Below are positions 30,630 through 44,040 of a DNA stretch of 64,000 nt, one piece after another. How positions within the stretch are numbered: position 1 is the first letter of the stretch; every line of letters starts with the position of its first letter. The notes beneath the pieces are model-generated. The model saw only the letters and a list, made by a program, of their open reading frames with translations. It was not told the origin of the DNA and ran no database searches. Made by a program: the position numbers and the translations under genes. Origin of the DNA: the human T2T-CHM13v2.0 reference genome, Homo sapiens; assembly GCF_009914755.1 (NCBI RefSeq), contig NC_060930.1. One strand, given 5' to 3'.

Positions 30630-31003
30630 CTTGTTAGTTTGTTCAAGATGCTATAACAAAGTACCATATACTGGGTAGCTTATAAACAACAGAAATTTAT
30701 TTCTTGCAGTTCTGGAGACAGAGAAGTCCAAGATCAGGGCTCTAGCAGCTACAATGTCTGGTGACGACTAGTTTCCTGGTTCAAAGAAAGTGCCTTTTTG
30801 CTGCATCCACACATGATGGAAGGGGAGAACTCTAGTCTCTTTAGCCTCTTGTAAGCCCACTAATCATATTCATGAGGGCTCTGCCCTATGATCTAATTAC
30901 CTCCTCAGGACTCTATCTCTTAATACCAATATCTTGGGGGTTAGAATCTCAACATATACATTTTTTTCGGTGGGGAGTTGGGCATAAATATTCAGACCCT
31001 AGC
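30630..31003 (-). mobile_element. MLT1A-like MaLR LTR
   Basis: gctataacaaagtaccatatactgggtagcttataaacaacagaaatttatttc...attcagaccctagca. Confidence 0.88.
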
Positions 31004-31324
31004 AATACCTTTTGTTCTATTAAATAATATACAAACATTATCATATTTGTATACAAATGGAACCTAATGAAGTGGGTATTTTCTCCCATTGTTCAAATGA
31101 ATGTCAGGAAAATTAAGCAGAATGTGTAAAGATCACAAAACTTTTGATTCATTCTCAGAAACTGTAGGCTTCAAAATCCGTACACTTCCTACTGAACTAT
31201 ATCACTTCCAAGACAAGGTAGGAATCCACTTCCAGATTCCTTAACAGAGCTACTTCATTATCTGGCCTCAAATCTTGTTTCAGTTTTATTTTCTACTCAT
31301 CTTCACATACTATATTATTCTTAA

Positions 31325-31558
31325 GTAAAACTGACCAATTTATATCACATTCTGGAAAAGACAAAACTGTAGCAACAGAAAATAGAGGGGTTAACTACCA
31401 ACAGATGAGGGAAACTTTTTGAGGTCTTGGAAATGCTCTATATCTAGATTGGGCGGTGTTTGTGCAACTATATGTGTTTGTCAAAACTTGTGTACTATAC
31501 ACTAAAGATGATAAATTTTTCTGGATATAAATTATAACTTGATAAATACTTTTTAAAG
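31325..31558 (+). mobile_element. L1ME-type 3' end
   Basis: acattctggaaaagacaaaactgtag...ggaaatgctctatatctagattgggcggtg...aattataacttgataaa. Confidence 0.7.
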
Positions 31559-31574
31559 CTGCCTAAAACATCAT

Positions 31575-31637
31575 TGTATTCGCCAGGGTTCTCCAGAGAA
31601 ACAGAACCATAGAAGGAGCTCTCTCTATATATATATT

Positions 31638-31685
<48 letters not shown>

Positions 31686-31834
31686 GTATATATATACACA
31701 CATGTATATACACATATATATACACACATATATACACACACACATGTACATATATAGTACAGTACCATATAGACAGATAATGTTTTATATATGTGAGATA
31801 TATATATATACACACACACATGGACACACACACT
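31575..31834 (-). mobile_element. MLT2 LTR 3' stub with compound (TA)/(CA) microsatellite
   Basis: tgtattcgccagggttctccagagaaacagaacc followed by the microsatellite. Confidence 0.8.
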
Positions 31835-32610
31835 GAGCGTAATAAATATACTCAAAAGAGTTTTATTCTGTTCTCTCACTTGATTGTAACAGTCAACACA
31901 GAAGACTTCTGTGACCAAATGTACACGGGTTTCTCTTCACCACCAAGCAATCAATTCTGCGGTGGACACCAACTGGGTGACCTCCAATTCAATTCTGACA
32001 CTATATACCTAAAGACAGCATCAGATCCCACCGGTTGAGAGTTCAGTTTCACAAAACTGCCCTTCACCCTCTTCCCCACTTCACACACCAGTAACAAGGC
32101 TGGGCCTCCAGATCTTCTGACCAATAAGCTTCAAGTTGGGGTTCCCACAACCCTCTCTTTGGCTTCAATTAATTTGCTGCAATGGCTGACAGAGCTCAGG
32201 GAAACATTTATGTTTATCAGTTTATTATGAAGGGTATTACAAAGGATACAGATAAAGAAATGATTAGAGTAAGTTATCAGGAAATAGGTGAAGAGCTTTC
32301 ATGCCCTCACTCAGTGTACCACCCTCCAGAAACTGCCACATGTTCAGCTGTCCAGAAGCTCTCCAAACCCAGGTTTGGGAGTTTTATGGAAGCTTCATCA
32401 CATAAGCATGATTGACAACCATGTAGAAATGTGATTGGAAAAAAGAGGTGTGATCTAACACTAATAGACCACATGGGGAAACCCAGCAAGGCCTCTCTGT
32501 TCAGATTTTTCTTCATCTCTCTGTGCAGCACTCATTCATCCAGAATATGGGGCAGGATGCCTTCTGAGATGAGGGGCTTAAGATTACATTCCTGCCTTTG
32601 GCAGATGAAA
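31835..32610 (-). mobile_element. MER21-like LTR, truncated
   Basis: ggacaccaactgggtgacctccaattcaattctgacacta...tcagatcccaccggttgagagttcag. Confidence 0.8.
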
Positions 32611-33203
32611 GTGAGGCCCCTACACAGAGTCCTTACTGGGGCACTGCCTACTGGAGCTGTGAGAAGAGGGCCACCATCCTCCAGACCCCAGAATGGTAGA
32701 TCCACTCACAGCTTCCACGGTGTGCCTGAAAAAGCCAGACACTCAATGCCAACCCATGAAAGCAGCTGAGAAAGGAGACAGACCCTGCAAAAGCCACAAG
32801 GATGAAGCTGCCCAAGGCTGTGGGAGCATACCTCTTGCATCAGTGTGACCTGGGCATGAGACATGGTATCAAAGGAGATCATTTTGGAGCTCTAAGATTT
32901 AACTGCACTGCTGGATTTCAGACTTGCATGGGGCCTGCAGCCTCTTTTTTGGCCAATTTCTCCCATTTGGAATGGCTGTATTTACCCAATGCCTGTACCA
33001 TCACTGAACCTAGGAAGTATCTAACTAGCTTTTAATTTTTCAGGCTCATAGGCAGAAGGGACTTGCCTTGTCTCAGGTGAAACTTTGGACTGTGGACTTT
33101 TGAGTTAATGCTGAAATGAGTTAAGATCTTGGAGGACTGTTGGGAAGGAATGATTTGTTTTGAAATGTGAGGACATGACATTTGGGAGGAGCCTGAGGTG
33201 CCA
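32611..33203 (+). mobile_element. THE1 internal region, 3' part only
   Basis: acacagagtccttactggggcactgcctactggagctgtgagaagagggccaccatcctccagacccc...ending in the PPT-like tttgggaggagcctgagg. Confidence 0.92.
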
Positions 33204-33547
33204 TGATATGGTTTGGCTGTGTCCCCACCCAAATCTAATCTTGAATTTCTATGTGTTGTGGGAGGGACCTGGTGGGAGGTAACTGAATCATGGGGGCAGG
33301 TCTTTTTCATACTGTTCTTGTGATAGTGAATAAGTCTCACAAGATTTGATGGTTTTAAAAAGGGGAGTTTCCCTGCACAAGCTCTTTTCTCTTGTCTGCC
33401 ACCATGTGAGACATGCCTTTTACTTTGCACCATGATTGTGATGCCTCCCTAGCCATGTGGAACTGTAAGCCTATTAAAACTCTTTCTTTTGTAAATTGCC
33501 CAGTCTCAGGTATATCTTTACCAGCAGCATGAAAACAAACTAATACA
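33204..33547 (+). mobile_element. THE1A-like MaLR 3' LTR
   Basis: TGATATGGTTTGGCTGTGTCCCCACCC...AACTAATACA; short U3 (ttgaatttctatgtgttg) and cttttgtaaattgccc fit THE1A. Confidence 0.92.
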
Positions 33548-33915
33548 ACTGCAAAGCCACCCTCCTTTTTAATTAGTTAAATTTTACATTTTCTAGGTCT
33601 AGACTTAGAATTACTGACTTCAACATTTGAAAATAACAATGATTCATTATCCATATATTAATAATCATGGCATTAAGAAGGATAATTTCAATAAAAATGC
33701 TATGACTAATTAAACCTCTCATTAATACCAGAAATAATTTGAAAAATTTTAAGTGTATTAAAAAGAAAAACAATAAGCAAAGGGTCAAGAGAAAAGAAAG
33801 AGAAGGACAAATAAAATGAATATTTTTGAGTACCTAATTTTTGTCATGCCTGATGTTAGCATTTTCACATAATACACAACTGTATTCTCACAATAGCAAC
33901 TTTACAAAGTAAGTA

Positions 33916-34600
33916 CAGTTATGCACCACATAATAAAATTTCAGTCAACAATATACTGCATATACAACGGTGATCTCATAAGTTTATAATGGAGCTAAAA
34001 AATTTAAATTACCTAGTGGCATCTTGGTGATTTTGATTCTGTGTAAGCCTAGACTAATGTGTGTGTTTCTTAGTTTTAAACAAAAATTTAAAAAGTAAAA
34101 ATATATTAAAAATTAAAATTAGAGAAAAACATATAGAATAAGTATATGGAGAAATAAAACATTTTTGTATAACTGTACAATGTGTTTGTTTTAAGCTAAG
34201 TGTTGTTACCAGAGTCAAAAAGTTAAAAAAGAATTTAAAAGTTTATAAAGTAAAAATGTTACAGTAAGTTGAGGTTAATTTATTATTTAAAAAATCTTTT
34301 AAATTTACTGTAGTATAAGTATACAGTGTTTATAAAGTCTATAGTAGTGTACAATAATGTCCTAGGCCTTCACATTCACTCACCACACATTCACTGATTC
34401 ACCCAGGGCAACTGCCAGTCCTATGAGTGCCGTTTATGGTAAGTGCCCTATACAGGTGTACTGTATTTTATATTTTATGCAATATTTTCAGTGTACTTTT
34501 TCATTTTTAGATAGGTGTTGGTAGACAAATAATTTATCACTGTGTTACAGTTGCCTACAATATTCATTATAGTAACATGTTGTACAGTTTTATAGCCTGT
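33916..34600 (+). mobile_element. Tigger3/MER7-type DNA transposon, right TIR missing
   Basis: TA then cagttatgcaccacataataaaatttcagtcaac TIR; ctaggccttcacattcactcaccac body. Confidence 0.85.
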
Positions 34601-34647
34601 ATTTATCAGATTCACATACACATTATTAAAATTGTGATTAGTTACAC

Positions 34648-35022
34648 TGATATGGTTTGGTTCTGTGTCTCCACCCAAATCTCATCTTGAATTGTAATCC
34701 TCAAAATGCCCAAGTGTAGAGGGAGGAACCTGGTGGGAGGTGATTGGATCACGGGTACAGTTTCCCCCATACTGTTCTTGTTTTAGTGAGTTCTCACAAG
34801 ATCTGATGGTTTCATGAGTTTGACAGTTCCTCCTTCAAACACTCTCTCTCTCTCTCTCCCTCCTGCGACCATGTAAGATGTGCCTACTTCCCCTTCTGCC
34901 ATGATTGTATGTTTCCTGAGGCCTCCCTAGTCATGAGAAACTGTGTCAATTAAACCTCTTTCCTTTATAAATTATCGAGTCTTGGGCATTTCTTTACAGA
35001 AGTGTGAGAACAGACTAACACA
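34648..35022 (+). mobile_element. THE1D/MSTA-like solo LTR
   Basis: TGATATGGTTTGG...GACTAACACA with 5-bp TSD tacac (34643-34647, 35023-35027). Confidence 0.92.
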
Positions 35023-36106
35023 TACACCAATAATAAGCATGCATTTACATGGTGGTTTAGAAGTAAATAAAATTCATCTACAAATTAATTGTCTGTCAAA
35101 TAAATGGGTAAACTTTAGAGGACATAAGTTTTATTATCTTCATATGGGAAATTGAGAGCTGTTTTAATAAGTGTGCATTTTTGGCATTTTCAGTAAAAAG
35201 GTTGTGACATCTTAACCTGATCATCCTTTCAGAGAAATAGAATGTCAGGGCAACATACCTAATAAACTTTTACTAAAGCTTCCATGTTGCCAAGAAAAAC
35301 AACTATTTTACTTACTAAAAGAGAGTTACAGATTACTAATTAATGCAATGATTTAAATTAAAATTAAGCCAAAGTTGAAGTTTTAATAAACACAGTCTAA
35401 AAAACTGATTGATCAAGTTTTAGTAATTGCAAATTGCACCTTTTTTTATTACTTGTATATTCCACTACAGAATTTCATACTCAAATTCCAGTATCATTTT
35501 TATAAAGAAGTTAATTGACTGTACGCATGTCCTACTAAATATTAAGAATATATTTTTATTGTATTTAGGCAAAGTATATAGTGTTATCCATATTTTTGAA
35601 AACACATGATGTTCAATGCTTAAGTTAACTCTGACATCAAAAATGAGAATTATTCATTTAAATATTGTTACATTAATATTTTGCTTTGAGCATAAAAATA
35701 AGTATTAGGCAATTGCAACAACAAAAACTAATTTTTTAACAACATCGGTATTACTTGGGGGTACATACAAATAATACAAATCATAAATAAATGATTTTTT
35801 GCTGATTTAGAATGTACTGCTGTTTCTGTCATATGTAAATTTGGTCTTAGCTTTTTATTTCAAAAACAAATGCCAAAATCAGGGTTGTTTACATTTTTTA
35901 TTTGAAATTGTGAATCAATTGCTTACCTATGAGAATAGTAAAAAAAAGGTTAAGAAAATTTCCACACAGAATGCAATACAGATATTTGTATAAGAATGGG
36001 TATTAAGCAGACAGATGAATGAACATTTCAAGTGAAATGATTTGATAAAGGCTTTTAAAAATAGACAATATTTGAAAGGTCCCTGTGAAATTTCACTGGA
36101 ATTTAT

Positions 36107-36110
<4 letters not shown>

Positions 36111-36144
<34 letters not shown>
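36111..36144. repeat. (AC)17 microsatellite
   Basis: Perfect run. Confidence 0.97.
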
Positions 36145-36146
<2 letters not shown>

Positions 36147-36432
36147 CTATGAAATAGTTTCCAAGTTTAATTATTTCCAGGCTTTTTGTTAAGATAACTT
36201 TTGAAAGATATCTGTTTTCTATTACTCTCTACCTATACACAGGAATAGCTATAGCTAGTAGTCATAATGATTAAACTTCAACAAAGATAAAACTGCATTA
36301 TTTTTAGAACTAGATATCTAATAGTCATTCACTAATCTTAGTATAACATATTCATATATGTAATTGGAAACAAAATGTCTGTTGCCTCTGGGTACTAAGT
36401 TTCTTCAAAGTATTGCTATAACCATCTTCTTT

Positions 36433-37203
36433 TTTGTTTTATTATTATTATTTTAAATTTAACTTTTATTTTAAGTTCAGGCATACAAATGCAGGTTTGT
36501 TACATAGGTAACCTTGTGTCATGGAATTTGTTTTACAGATTATTTCATCATGCAGATATTAACCCTAGTACCCATTAGTTACTTTTCTTAATCCTCTCCC
36601 TCCTCCCACCCTCAACCTGCTGATCAACCCCAGTGTGTGTTGTTCCCCTCTATGTGTCCACGTGTTCTCATCATTTAGCTTGCACTTATAAATGAGAACA
36701 TGTGGAATTTGGTTTTCCATTGCTACGCTAGTTTGCTAAGGATAATGGCCTCCAGATCATCCTTGTCCCTGCAAAGGACATGATCTTGTTCTTTTTTATG
36801 GCTGAATAGTACTCCATTGTATACATGTACCACATTTTCTTTATCCAGTGTATCATTGATGGGCATTTAGGTTGATTCCATGTCTTTGGTATTGTGACTA
36901 GTGATACAAAACATATGCATTTATGTATCTTTATGATAGAATGATTTATATTCCTTTGGGTATATACCCAGTAATGGGATTGCTGGGTGGAATGGTATTT
37001 CTGTCTTTAGGTCTTTAAGGAATCACCATACTGACTTCCAAAATGGTTGAATTAATTTACACTCCCACCAACAGTGTATAAGTGTTTAATTTACACTCCC
37101 ACCAACAGTGTATAAGTGTTCCTTTTTCTCTGTAATCTCACCAGTGTCTGTGTTTTTTTGACTTTGTAACAATAGCCATTCTGACTGGTATAAGATGGTA
37201 TCC
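36433..37203 (-). mobile_element. 5'-truncated L1 (L1PA13-16-like)
   Basis: Antisense 3'UTR aacttttattttaagttcagg...; approximate TSD cc(a/c)tcttcttt. Confidence 0.92.
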
Positions 37204-38439
37204 CTCTTCTTTAGTAGTTAATTAAGACAACATGAATCCTCATATATTGAGAGAACAAGTATATTCCATAATTTATTCTTGGATTGTTGGGAGTGAGTCT
37301 ACTATGATTCCTTATGTCTTTCTCCTGTAATCTTTAGCCTTTCACTTCCACCAAGTTCTGCATCTCTGCTCTTGACTCCTATTGGTGTTACATTTCCAGA
37401 CAATATTGATCAGCAATAGATGTTACCCCAACTCCTGACTTTTCAAAATACCATTAAAATGAGGCTGTGGTATTTGTGGAATATTTTACTGACAATTTAA
37501 GGAAAATGATGAAAACTGATAGTATTGTACTGTATAAACAGCAACTCAGACCTGAATATTAGCCATTATTAAACTACACTTAATTAACCATTTACTACCA
37601 TGAAATATTTCTTACTATAGCCTGCACTTGAAGCAACTGCTCCTGTCTCCTGCTTTACCCTTTACCACATTTTTAACTGTTCATAGATTATAAATTTTTC
37701 CTATATTTCTATGAAAAAAAGATTTTATTTTATCTACAGTCATCTAACTTAAGCCTTTTAGTATCTTCTACTTTCATTGGCAAACAGGAATTTTGTTAAT
37801 TTTTTTCTATTTTTCTTACTCATTTTTTCTTACTATTTCAATTTCCTAGATAATATCAGTGAGTTGTGTTTGTCTTAAGTAGTTTACTGCCTTTTATATA
37901 ATAAAATCCTTCTGAGCTGTATTAAATTTAATTCACTAAAAGCTAAGTAGTTATTCTAGACCTAAATTTTGAAAAGTGGGTATTCAAGTCAATGATGTTA
38001 AATATTTTATGTTAACTAGCCCAGATTCTCAAGTTTTGAGAATGACTTCACTGAGGAGATCATATATTTTTCATTCAGGTAATGATGACTAAGAGAAAGT
38101 TGTACTTAATAAAATTTACTTCACTGAGATAATACTTTAATGTATCTTATGTGTGACACTTTCTATAAGTATACTAAGATTGCATGTACAAAATAAATGC
38201 TCTGCATTAAATATTGATCAAAGTATATTTCTATAAAAATGATAAAGGTAAGTTAAACATTATATTCATTCATAAAAATATCTTATTTCTAAAAATCATT
38301 GAAAAACTTTGTTTTATTTGGTCACATTATACTGTAAAGTATTGAATCACAGACATCTTGGTGGTCATAAGCGCCATCGACAGTTAAGGCTCATTACTCC
38401 AGTATTAATGGAGTAATTACTCTATTATAAGTATTTTTA

Positions 38440-38746
<307 letters not shown>

Positions 38747-40933
38747 TTATTAATATAAAAGGGAAATAATTAGAAGTATCTGTCTATTTTCATTGGAACA
38801 GGTTTTTTTTCTTTAATGAGAAATATGTGTTAAATAAAATTTTAGGTTCCTTTGGACTCTAGCCAGAATGCATTTATTTGCAATTTCCCAGCCATGCAAA
38901 TACAAACCATATTCACAAGATCCTGAGGAAACTTTTTAATTTTTACTTCGAATACTTCCTTCTACCAAAAATAGAGACAACTTCTATCCTTTGTATCAAA
39001 AAATATGAAGTTTATATTTTCCTATTGTGTCAGGAATGTAATTAATTACACAGCTAGTTGTGTAATCTTCTTGATAAACTACAGATTCTCTACGAAACAT
39101 AAACAGAAAAGTCAACAATGATTTAATTAGACAATAATACTGAGAAAATGATTAAGCATCTTAAGTGAGTCCTGTTTATCTGTGAACTCATTCTTCATCC
39201 CCTTTTGTGATTTATTTTTACCATCCCAAGCCATCTCCCCGTTGTTGTCCTTGTGTAGCCTTGAGGTTGTTCCTAGTTATGCGTTCCCCTACTGAGGCAC
39301 ATGCATCCCAAGCAATTCTTCATACTCCAAATCTGTCTTTCTTTCTTTGCCTACATTAAAGCTAACAATAATAGGGCTTAGGTTAACAAAGCTTAACTTG
39401 TGTGCAACTAATTAATTATAGAAAAGTTTTTTCATAGCCAGATATGTATATATGTGCATAGGAGGATCTTTATTATTGGACTTCTTAGTACATTTTAATT
39501 TTAACAAAACATGCAATGAATTTGCCGAAATCTTGCAAAATAACAGCCTTGAAAAATGTAATAGGGATAACAGAATACCATTGCTAAGTTATTTCAGTTT
39601 TCCCATCTATATAAGTGTATTTATATTTAATTTTACCTTATCAGGAACAGTTCAGTTAAAACTTGTTTTTAGTATATTTTGGTGATTTTTAATGATATCA
39701 TGAATACTTTCTTTTCTTTAATGGATAATCTGATAGTACAGTAAATACTGTTTAAACATCAGAACACAAATTATTTAAGGTAGAACTATTTGCACAAGTT
39801 GTTTCCATTACAATTTAATTCAAAAAGGTTCTCTGAACAAAGGTAAATTAACACGCAATATTTACAGGCAGAATAGCCTGAATATATGCCTAATTTTAGT
39901 TTCAAGCAGGTTCTTCTGCTCTTGTCATAGATTCAGAAATTGAATTGTGTTTATCACTGTCATGCAGATGTGATGTACATTTATTTTTCTACTCTTCAGT
40001 GATATATAGGATAAATCATCGGGGCTACTGAAATGTCTGTTAGATATTAAATCACTGATGTCAGCTGCCAAGTCATCTCACTTAACTCAAAAGGAAAAAC
40101 TCTGGCTCCTGACTTTTTTGTGTGTATCTTTGCTTCTTTAGCTAGTACCAACTAAATACCAACTGCCTGTATGTCCAAGGTGAGGAATACTATTTGTAAG
40201 GCACTGAGACTCATTAACTCATTATCACTTAGGCTATACATTACAGTTATGCACTCCTTCATTTCTTGAACTTAAAATGTTAAAGCCTGCAAGTCTCTCT
40301 TAAAACCCAAATTAATGTAATTTTTGTCTACCACCTGAATAGGTCTAATATATATGGTAATTTGGCTCAAACTAGTTGACAGAATTCATGTCAAGTTAAA
40401 ATAATAAGAATGAATTTCACAATTAAATTTCCCCATTGACTACTTTAAATTTTAAATGCATTGATTTAAAATTACTTCATTACTTAGAGATACCTTATGC
40501 CCAGACTAACATAATTTATGTACTATACTTCCAATATGCTTTGGTATACATTGACATTTAAAGACACAAATCTTTTAAAGTTGTACTCATAAGTTGCACG
40601 TATGAATATACTGTCAAGGCACTTCTCTTTTAAGATCAATTTCTCTTGGTTTTCATTTTTTCAGGGATTTAAATTTAGTTTTTAATGATTCTTGGAACAT
40701 TTTTTATCTTACTGAAAACAATAAAGACTTCTGAACTTTGTTTCTCCAGAAATTTTAGACATTAATTTTTGACTACATTGATGCTGTTTTAGAAAATGTA
40801 TTTTACACACCCACACACCCACATGCTCACACACATTCACTTTTTCCTTTTCTTTAGATTATTATGTTAAACTCCACAACAAAATTGCATTTTATCAACT
40901 ATCTGTAAACTGTGCTATAGCTTTATGTACCTA

Positions 40934-41507
40934 TGCCAAAGCAAAACTTGCCCCCAAATTAGAGTGTTAAGGAAGGAAAATTAAAGTGTTAAGGAAGACT
41001 TTAGGCTATTTAAATACAGGAGAGACACCAGAATATAGTTTAATTCAGTTCTCCTAAAACTAAAGGAAGGAAGGTTTTTAATTTCTGGAGCGAATAGTGA
41101 GAAAGACTAGAGAATTTTGAGGGGGGACCAATGGAATGTGTGGACTGCCTTGAGTTATTCCTGAGTTTGCAAATGTTTTTCTCTGTGATTAGGGCATCGG
41201 TGCTCGCTAATCAGTGCCACCAGAAATTAGACAATTACCCTCCTTCAGAAACTGGGAAATAGGGCACAATCTTCTTTGGAGATTTCAAAGGGATGACTTT
41301 CAGGTCGTATAACAAGACATTCCTAGGTCATAAAACTGGCAAAAGGCTTTTAAGAAGATTTACTCCCAAAGAGGCAGATAAATAATTTACAGTTACAAGT
41401 TTTCTAAAGTAAATGCTCAAAGAAAAGGGACATCAGGGCCTAGAGTCAGAAAGAAATGCTTTTGAAGCATAGTCAAGTTAAGGGGAACACTAAGGTTGCC
41501 TTGGACA
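40934..41507 (-). mobile_element. ERV1 solo LTR (MER67-like)
   Basis: Minus strand TGTCCAAGGCAACCTTAGTGTTCCCCTTAACTTGACTA...GCATTTACTTTAGAAAACTTG...GGCA with TG...CA ends. Confidence 0.7.
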
Positions 41508-41750
41508 AATATAAAAAAAAGATTGTGATGGAATTCATCCTTATTTTATATTTTTGAGTAACTATTTCTCAGGTATAGAATTTTCAACTATGTCATGTAA
41601 CTATTTTGCCTTACCCAATAACATATAAATTTCACAAAACAGAATTTAATTTGCTTCATTATATATTTTAAGCCCCTAGAATAATCTCTAACACATACTT
41701 AGATTTCAATAAATGTCTATTGAATAAATGAATTAATTAGAAACAATTTT

Positions 41751-42963
41751 TTTATTATACTTTAAGTTCTGGGATACAGGGGCAGAACGTGCAGGTTTGT
41801 TACATAGGTACACACGTGCCATGGTGGTTTGCTGCACCCATCAACCTGTCATCTACATTAGGTATTTCTCCTAATGCTATATCTCCCCTAGCCCCCCACC
41901 CCCTGACAGGCCCTGGTGTGTGATTTTCCCCTCCCTGTGTCCATGTATTCTCTTTGTTCAACTCCCACTTACGAGTGAGAACATGTGGTGTTTGATTTTC
42001 TGTTCCTGTGTTAGTATGCTGAGAATGATGGCTTCCAGCTTCATCCATGTCCCTGCAAAGGACATGAGCTCATCCTTTCTTTTTATGGCTGCATAGTATT
42101 CCATGGTGTTTATGTGCCACCTTTTCTTTATCCAGTCTATCACTGATGGGCATTTGGGTTGGTTCCAAGCCTTTGCTATTGTGAATAGTGCTGCAGTAAA
42201 CATACGTGTGCATGTGTCTTTATAATAGAATAATGTGTAATCATTTGGGTATATACCCAGTAATGGGATTGCTGGGTCAAATGGTATTTCTGGTTCTGTA
42301 TCCTTAAGGAATCGCCACACTGTTTTCCACAATGGTTGAACTAATTTATACACCCACCAATAGTGTAAAAGCATTCCTACATCTCCACATTCTCTCCAGC
42401 ATCTGTTGTTTCCTGACTTTTTAATGATCGCCATTCTAAATGGCATGAGATGGCATCTCATTGTGGTTTTGATTTGCATTTCTCTAATGACCAGGGATGA
42501 TAAACTTCTTTTCATATGTTTGTTGGCCACATAAATGTCTTCTTTTGAGAAGTGTCTATTCATATCCTTTGCCCACTTTTTGATGGGATTTTTTTTTCTT
42601 GTAAATTTGTTTAAGTTCCTTGTAGATTCTGGATATTATCCCTTTGTCAGATGGATAGATTGCAAAAATTTTCTCCCATTCCGTAGGTTGCCTGCTCACT
42701 CTGATGATAGTTTCTTTTGCTGTGCATAAGCTCTTTACTTTAATTAGATCCCGTTTGTCAATTTTGGCTTCAGTTGCCATTGCTTTTGATGTTTTGGTCA
42801 TGAAGTCTCTGCCCATGCCTATGTCCTGAATGGTATTGCCTAGGTTTTCTTCTAAGGTTTTTATGGTTGTACGTCTTGCTTTTAAGTCTTTACTCCATCT
42901 CGAGTTAATTTTTGTGTAAGGTGTAAGGAAGGGGTCCAGTTTCAGTTTTCTGCATATGGCTAG
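41751..42963 (-). mobile_element. 5'-truncated L1PA7/8-like element
   Basis: ORF2 C-terminal frames at 41958-43044; 13-bp TSD tagaaacaatttt (41738-41750, 42961-42973). Confidence 0.97.
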
Positions 42964-43359
42964 AAACAATTTTATTCCAAATATTTTTGTAATTAAAAGA
43001 AACAAAAGACTTTGCAATTGTTCTCTGAGGGATGATATAGCCATTCAAGGTAATTTGTGCCACTAACACATGACTTTCACACTAAATAGTCAAGCAAAGT
43101 AAAGGCATTCAAAAATAGAAGAGTGACAGGACAAATAGAGGGTATTGCAGAATTTGTGAATAATATTGAATGTCAAAGTGTTATATCAGAACCCTAAAAC
43201 AGTCTTATTTGTCTTCTCCATTTCAATTTTTCCTTATGCTATTTTCCATCAGACAGGAAGGATTATATCTTTAAAACTGAACTCTGGCCATATCATCTCC
43301 TGATTAAAATCCTTGAGACACACACACAAACACACACACACACACACACACACACAGCA

Positions 43360-43560
43360 AGATACTAATCTAAGCACTTCACATTCATTAACTCAAATAT
43401 TCCTCAAAGCAAGCCTATGAAGTAGATGCTTATTATCCCCATATTTACAGGTGAGAAATCTGAGGTACAGAAAAGATAAATAACTTCCCCAAAGTTCAAA
43501 TATCTAGTAAGTGTTACAAGCTAGGTTCTATTCACCAAGTCTGGTTTCAGTCCATGACTT
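43360..43560 (-). mobile_element. MIR, preceded by (CA)n at ~43318-43355
   Basis: attatccccatatttacaggtgagaaatctgaggtacagaaaagataaataacttcccc. Confidence 0.85.
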
Positions 43561-43589
43561 TTTCCCCTCTTCAAGCTGAATCTAATATC

Positions 43590-44040
43590 CCCATCTTGGC
43601 CTACACAGCTCCCCCTGACCTAGCCCCTGCCTAAGTTTCTGTCTATATCTCATTCAGTTCTTCCTCTTGTCTAGTGTGCTCCAGCCACTCCAGATTCCTC
43701 ACCTTGCCACCTAAAGGGCTTAATGCTCTCCAACCACCCTTCTGCCCTGTACATGTTTTGGAGGCCTTCTCATTCATTAAGTCTCAGCCTAAGTATCACT
43801 TCCCTTATCTCCTTATCCAAATACCTACTGAACTCCTCGTATCATTACTGCTCTCCCCTTCTTCTATCCATTTTCTTCATTCATCTTATCACAACTTGTA
43901 ATTATATATTTGTTTATTTATTTATTTACTCTGATTCTTCTCTAGACTTTAAGCTCCATAAATACAGGAGACACGTCACCAACGTCTGCCTGGTTCTTAG
44001 CATTGTAGGACTTCAATAAATATTTATTCATTAAAGAAAT
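43590..44040 (+). mobile_element. L2 3' end
   Basis: ctagactttaagctccataaatacagg...caataaatatttattcattaaagaaat. Confidence 0.75.
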
